A stretch of DNA of 38,619 nt from Octopus bimaculoides (Eukaryota): contig NC_068981.1 of the NCBI RefSeq assembly GCF_001194135.2, forward strand, positions 69,679,914 to 69,718,532, written 5' to 3'. The first letter of the stretch is position 1, and each line of letters starts with the position of its first letter. Of this stretch, positions 35,429-38,619 are shown one piece after another. Both the position numbers and the translations under genes were made by a program. A model generated the notes under the pieces. That model saw only the letters and a program-made list of their open reading frames with translations, was not told the origin of the DNA and did no database searches.

Positions 35429-35688
35429 NNNNNNNNNNNNNNNNNNNNNNNNNNNNNNNNNNNNNNNNNNNNNNNNNNNNNNNNNNNNNNNNNNNNNNNN
35501 NNNNNNNNNNNNNNNNNNNNNNNNNNNNNNNNNNNNNNNNNNNNNNNNNNNNNNNNNNNNNNNNNNNNNNNNNNNNNNNNNNNNNNNNNNNNNNNNNNNN
35601 NNNNNNNNNNNNNNNNNNNNNNNNNNNNNNNNNNNNNNNNNNNNNNNNNNNNNNNNNNNNNNNNNNNNNNNNNNNNNNNNNNNNNNNN

Positions 35689-35722
<34 letters not shown>

Positions 35723-36240
35723 TCACAATATGCATACGTACGCACAGGTATATAATACATCGTACAAATCTTTCACAATTAGAATAATTTTTTATACATA
35801 GAAATATGCTTTCACAAAAATACACACATACACATACAGACAACCACATGTACATACACACATATATATGTACATACACACATATAAAAGACCAGATATA
35901 CACCCACACATACACGCATATATATAGTCACGCAAGCACTTGGATACATATAGAACGATATACAAGCACTCATAATTTGGAGGTATATCTTACAAGCACT
36001 TAATAGGATTTTTATACCCTCACACACAACGGCATACAGGAAATAATACACTAATGCATACATAAATATATACTCGTACATTGGAATATAATTACATAGG
36101 ACCACATCATAACATATACACAAAGATTCTGTTCTATATTTCGCAAACTTACACACTGTTGCATAGATATATAACACGCACGTATATGCATTTGCAAAAA
36201 TATAGACACATACGTACACATACATACACGTATACATGGA
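35429..36240. repeat. Assembly gap (N 35429-35688), (AT)n and degenerate AC/AT repeats
   Basis: Direct reading. Confidence 0.9.
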
Positions 36241-36914
36241 CAGGAAAAATAATTAGGTGAATATACACTCAGTTACAGATATATGCATATCGAATATGGG
36301 TACCAATACCAGCAGAGAATTACAACTATAAAATTTGCATTCATCTATATTTTTCACCCAAATTCATATATACTTGCATATATGCCCACAGCCTCACAAA
36401 TATGCTAAACATGAATAAAGATATAAATACAGACGCACACACACGCACACACACTCTCACACACATGCACATATAGACATCCATGTATCAATATACTTGC
36501 TTAAATATAAGAGCCCAAGGAAACTGCTTGTGCGTAGATTCATGCATCACGCTGATCCATGCGTGGCGCTTCAGATATTCAACGGGCAAATAGAGTAGTA
36601 TACTCTACTTAACGATTTAGAAAAGGATGCAAATAGTTTCAGGAAATTATATAAACAACTGCTGTTAGTCAGTAGTTAATTCGTGTGTAAATATCAGCAT
36701 TAGTTAATGACAGGAATATTGCAAAAGCGAGAGAGATAGTTATCAAGGTTAAATATAAGCAAAATGGCAATTAAGACATAAGTATGTGAAGTATTATATA
36801 CACGAAACCATTCGCTGACTGAATAACATTTAACCTGATGAAAAATAAGAACACAACAAAGTTATCCAAATAGAGTCGCATACAATCTTAAAGCAATTTT
36901 GGTTGCAAAATGTT

Positions 36915-37526
36915 TTAGCACAAAGCCAGCAAATATGAGAGTTGGCTTAAGCCGATTACACTGACCCCAGTGCTAAACTGGTACTTATTTTATCCACACT
37001 GGAAGGGATGAAAGAAAAAGTCACCTTTGATAGATTTTGAACTCAGAGCGTACAGACCGATGAAATGCCACTAAGCATTTTTTCCGACGTGCTAACAATT
37101 CTGTGTACAAATGCCTTGATTAATTTCAAATATTGGCACTAGGCTAGCAATTTCGATGTCAAGAGTGAGTTGATCACATCGAACTTAGAACTCAACTGAT
37201 ACTTATTTTATCGATACTGCAAAAGATGACAGGAATAGTCGACATCGGCGGATTTTGAACTCGGAACGTAGAAACTAACGAAAAGCCGCTAAGTGTTTTG
37301 TCCGGCGTGCTAACAATTCTGTCGGCAGCTGGTAGAAGGCCCGCAGTTCCGGGGACGTGGCGAAGTTGATTACTTCAACCCCGGTGTTCACCTGTTATCT
37401 ACTTTTTTGACACTGGAATGGATGAAAGAAATGTCCTCGTCGATGGGTTTTGAACCCAGAATGTACAGACGTAAGAAATGCCGCCATGCATTTTGACTGA
37501 ATAACGATTCTGTCAGCTCGCCGCCT
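36915..37526 (-). mobile_element. Three head-to-tail copies of the tRNA-derived SINE (36915-37116, 37135-37330, 37331-37526)
   Basis: Each copy has GATTAC/GATCAC..ACTGxTACTTATTTTAT..GATGA..TTTTGAAC.C.GAA..GCTAACAATTCTG-like blocks in the same order. The last ends in the AGCTCGCCGCCT head. Confidence 0.85.
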
Positions 37527-37770
37527 CACTAACCATCAATTTTAAATTTATGTTAATGCAGGTCAAATTCCGTTATGGCTGAGTCTGCCTTCCATACTAC
37601 CGGGCTTCTTACGAAAGGCACATTTTAAAGGCGGACCGTGTTTTCAAACAGAGATGTATGAGGAAGTGTACGAATATAATATGACTACATATTACTATGT
37701 ATCGAATCAGGCAAATTAGCAGATTAGTAAATCTCTATAAGAGATGGAATCTTTACCTTCACTGAGAAGT

Positions 37771-38369
37771 AATGATTATTGCCACTTCAACATGACTGTT
37801 CCGTAAGAACCGGCGTTACAATGTTTAAACCCCAGGATGACTTTTCCTGTCATTTTTTGCAGTGTCGATAAAATAAGTACCAGTTGAGTACAGGAATCGA
37901 TGGAATTTGCACCCGGTATATATTGCAAGCAGTGAAGCGAACCACTACCATTTTCTAGCCACGAGACCACCAGACCCTTTGGTTTCGAGCTCGATGCAGC
38001 TGGCAGAGACGTGCTCTCAGGGTTAAAATGACAGTAACGTCTGTTCGTATGGAACGGCATTGTTGAAGTGGTGATAAAGATTACGTCTCGGTATAGTACC
38101 TGATTTCATCTCTTATACCCATTTTCGAGCTAACTAATTCGCTAGTTGCAATATCAGTGACAACCAAATATGAACACAGAGTGCTCGAACCTGTAAGGTC
38201 TGGTGGCTTCGTAGCTGGATAATGGCAGCGGTTCACTTCCCCGCTTCCAATATATATCGAGTGCAGAATGCATGGAATAACCAGCTGGGGGAGGCGTCCT
38301 CCTAGGATTAAAATGATAGTTACGTTGGTTCCTACGAAAACGCTATGTTGAAGTGGCGATAAAAATTAC
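37771..38369. repeat. Imperfect nested fold-back built from two unexplained units (A x3, B x2) plus a SINE-core fragment
   Basis: Unit A at 37771-37841 (minus), 37996-38084 (plus) and 38281-38369 (plus); unit B at 37903-37990 and inverted at 38183-38270. Confidence 0.8.
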
Positions 38370-38619
38370 TTTTATATATTGAAGGATATAGATACTTCTT
38401 CAAATCCTGCTGTTCAATACAAGGACGGAGGAGGCCTTCATGACGTGGAAGTTTATAATCTTGCACTATTGGTAAACAAGTGTGCTGTAATGGTAAACAA
38501 GTGTGCTAAAAAAAACACGAAATGAAAAGTTGTGTAAAAGAATATTTGCATAGTATAGAAATGCTGGGTACAATTTCCTTGTATTTCAATACTATGCGTA
38601 TATATATATATATATATAT

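Noticed and set aside
37776-38060. 94-aa minus-strand ORF as a gene
   Set aside because: It runs through a SINE-core fragment and repeat units whose other copies contain stops.
1-38619. CRISPR array, rRNA or prokaryotic operon structure
   Set aside because: No regularly spaced repeat-spacer array, no rRNA-like sequence and very low coding density; the sequence is eukaryotic.

Overview
AT-rich, microsatellite-dense eukaryotic DNA from a draft assembly with six N-gaps. The repeat families resemble those of coleoid cephalopods (Octopus-like); this is pattern recognition, not a search result. No intact, recognisable host protein-coding gene is present, and most ORF-track entries are microsatellite or gap artefacts. 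The window is a mosaic of decayed mobile elements: three R4/Dong-type restriction-like-endonuclease (RLE) LINE fragments, each abutting a different microsatellite; two RTE fragments; two CR1-group LINE fragments; a Penelope-like (GIY-YIG) 3' end; a mariner derivative built from two left ends; a decayed hAT transposase; a Helitron-type 3' terminus; a MITE-like element; and several tRNA-derived SINEs. The most striking non-coding signal is six minimal hammerhead-ribozyme (HHR)-like motifs. Two are the arms of a 111-bp near-perfect inverted repeat (30695-30930), one sits back-to-back with a tRNA-like Pol III promoter (19796-19993), and one lies downstream of the Penelope GIY-YIG ORF. All copies carry at least one likely inactivating change. 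A few isolated strong splice-site pairs hint at an unrecognised spliced transcript, at low confidence.
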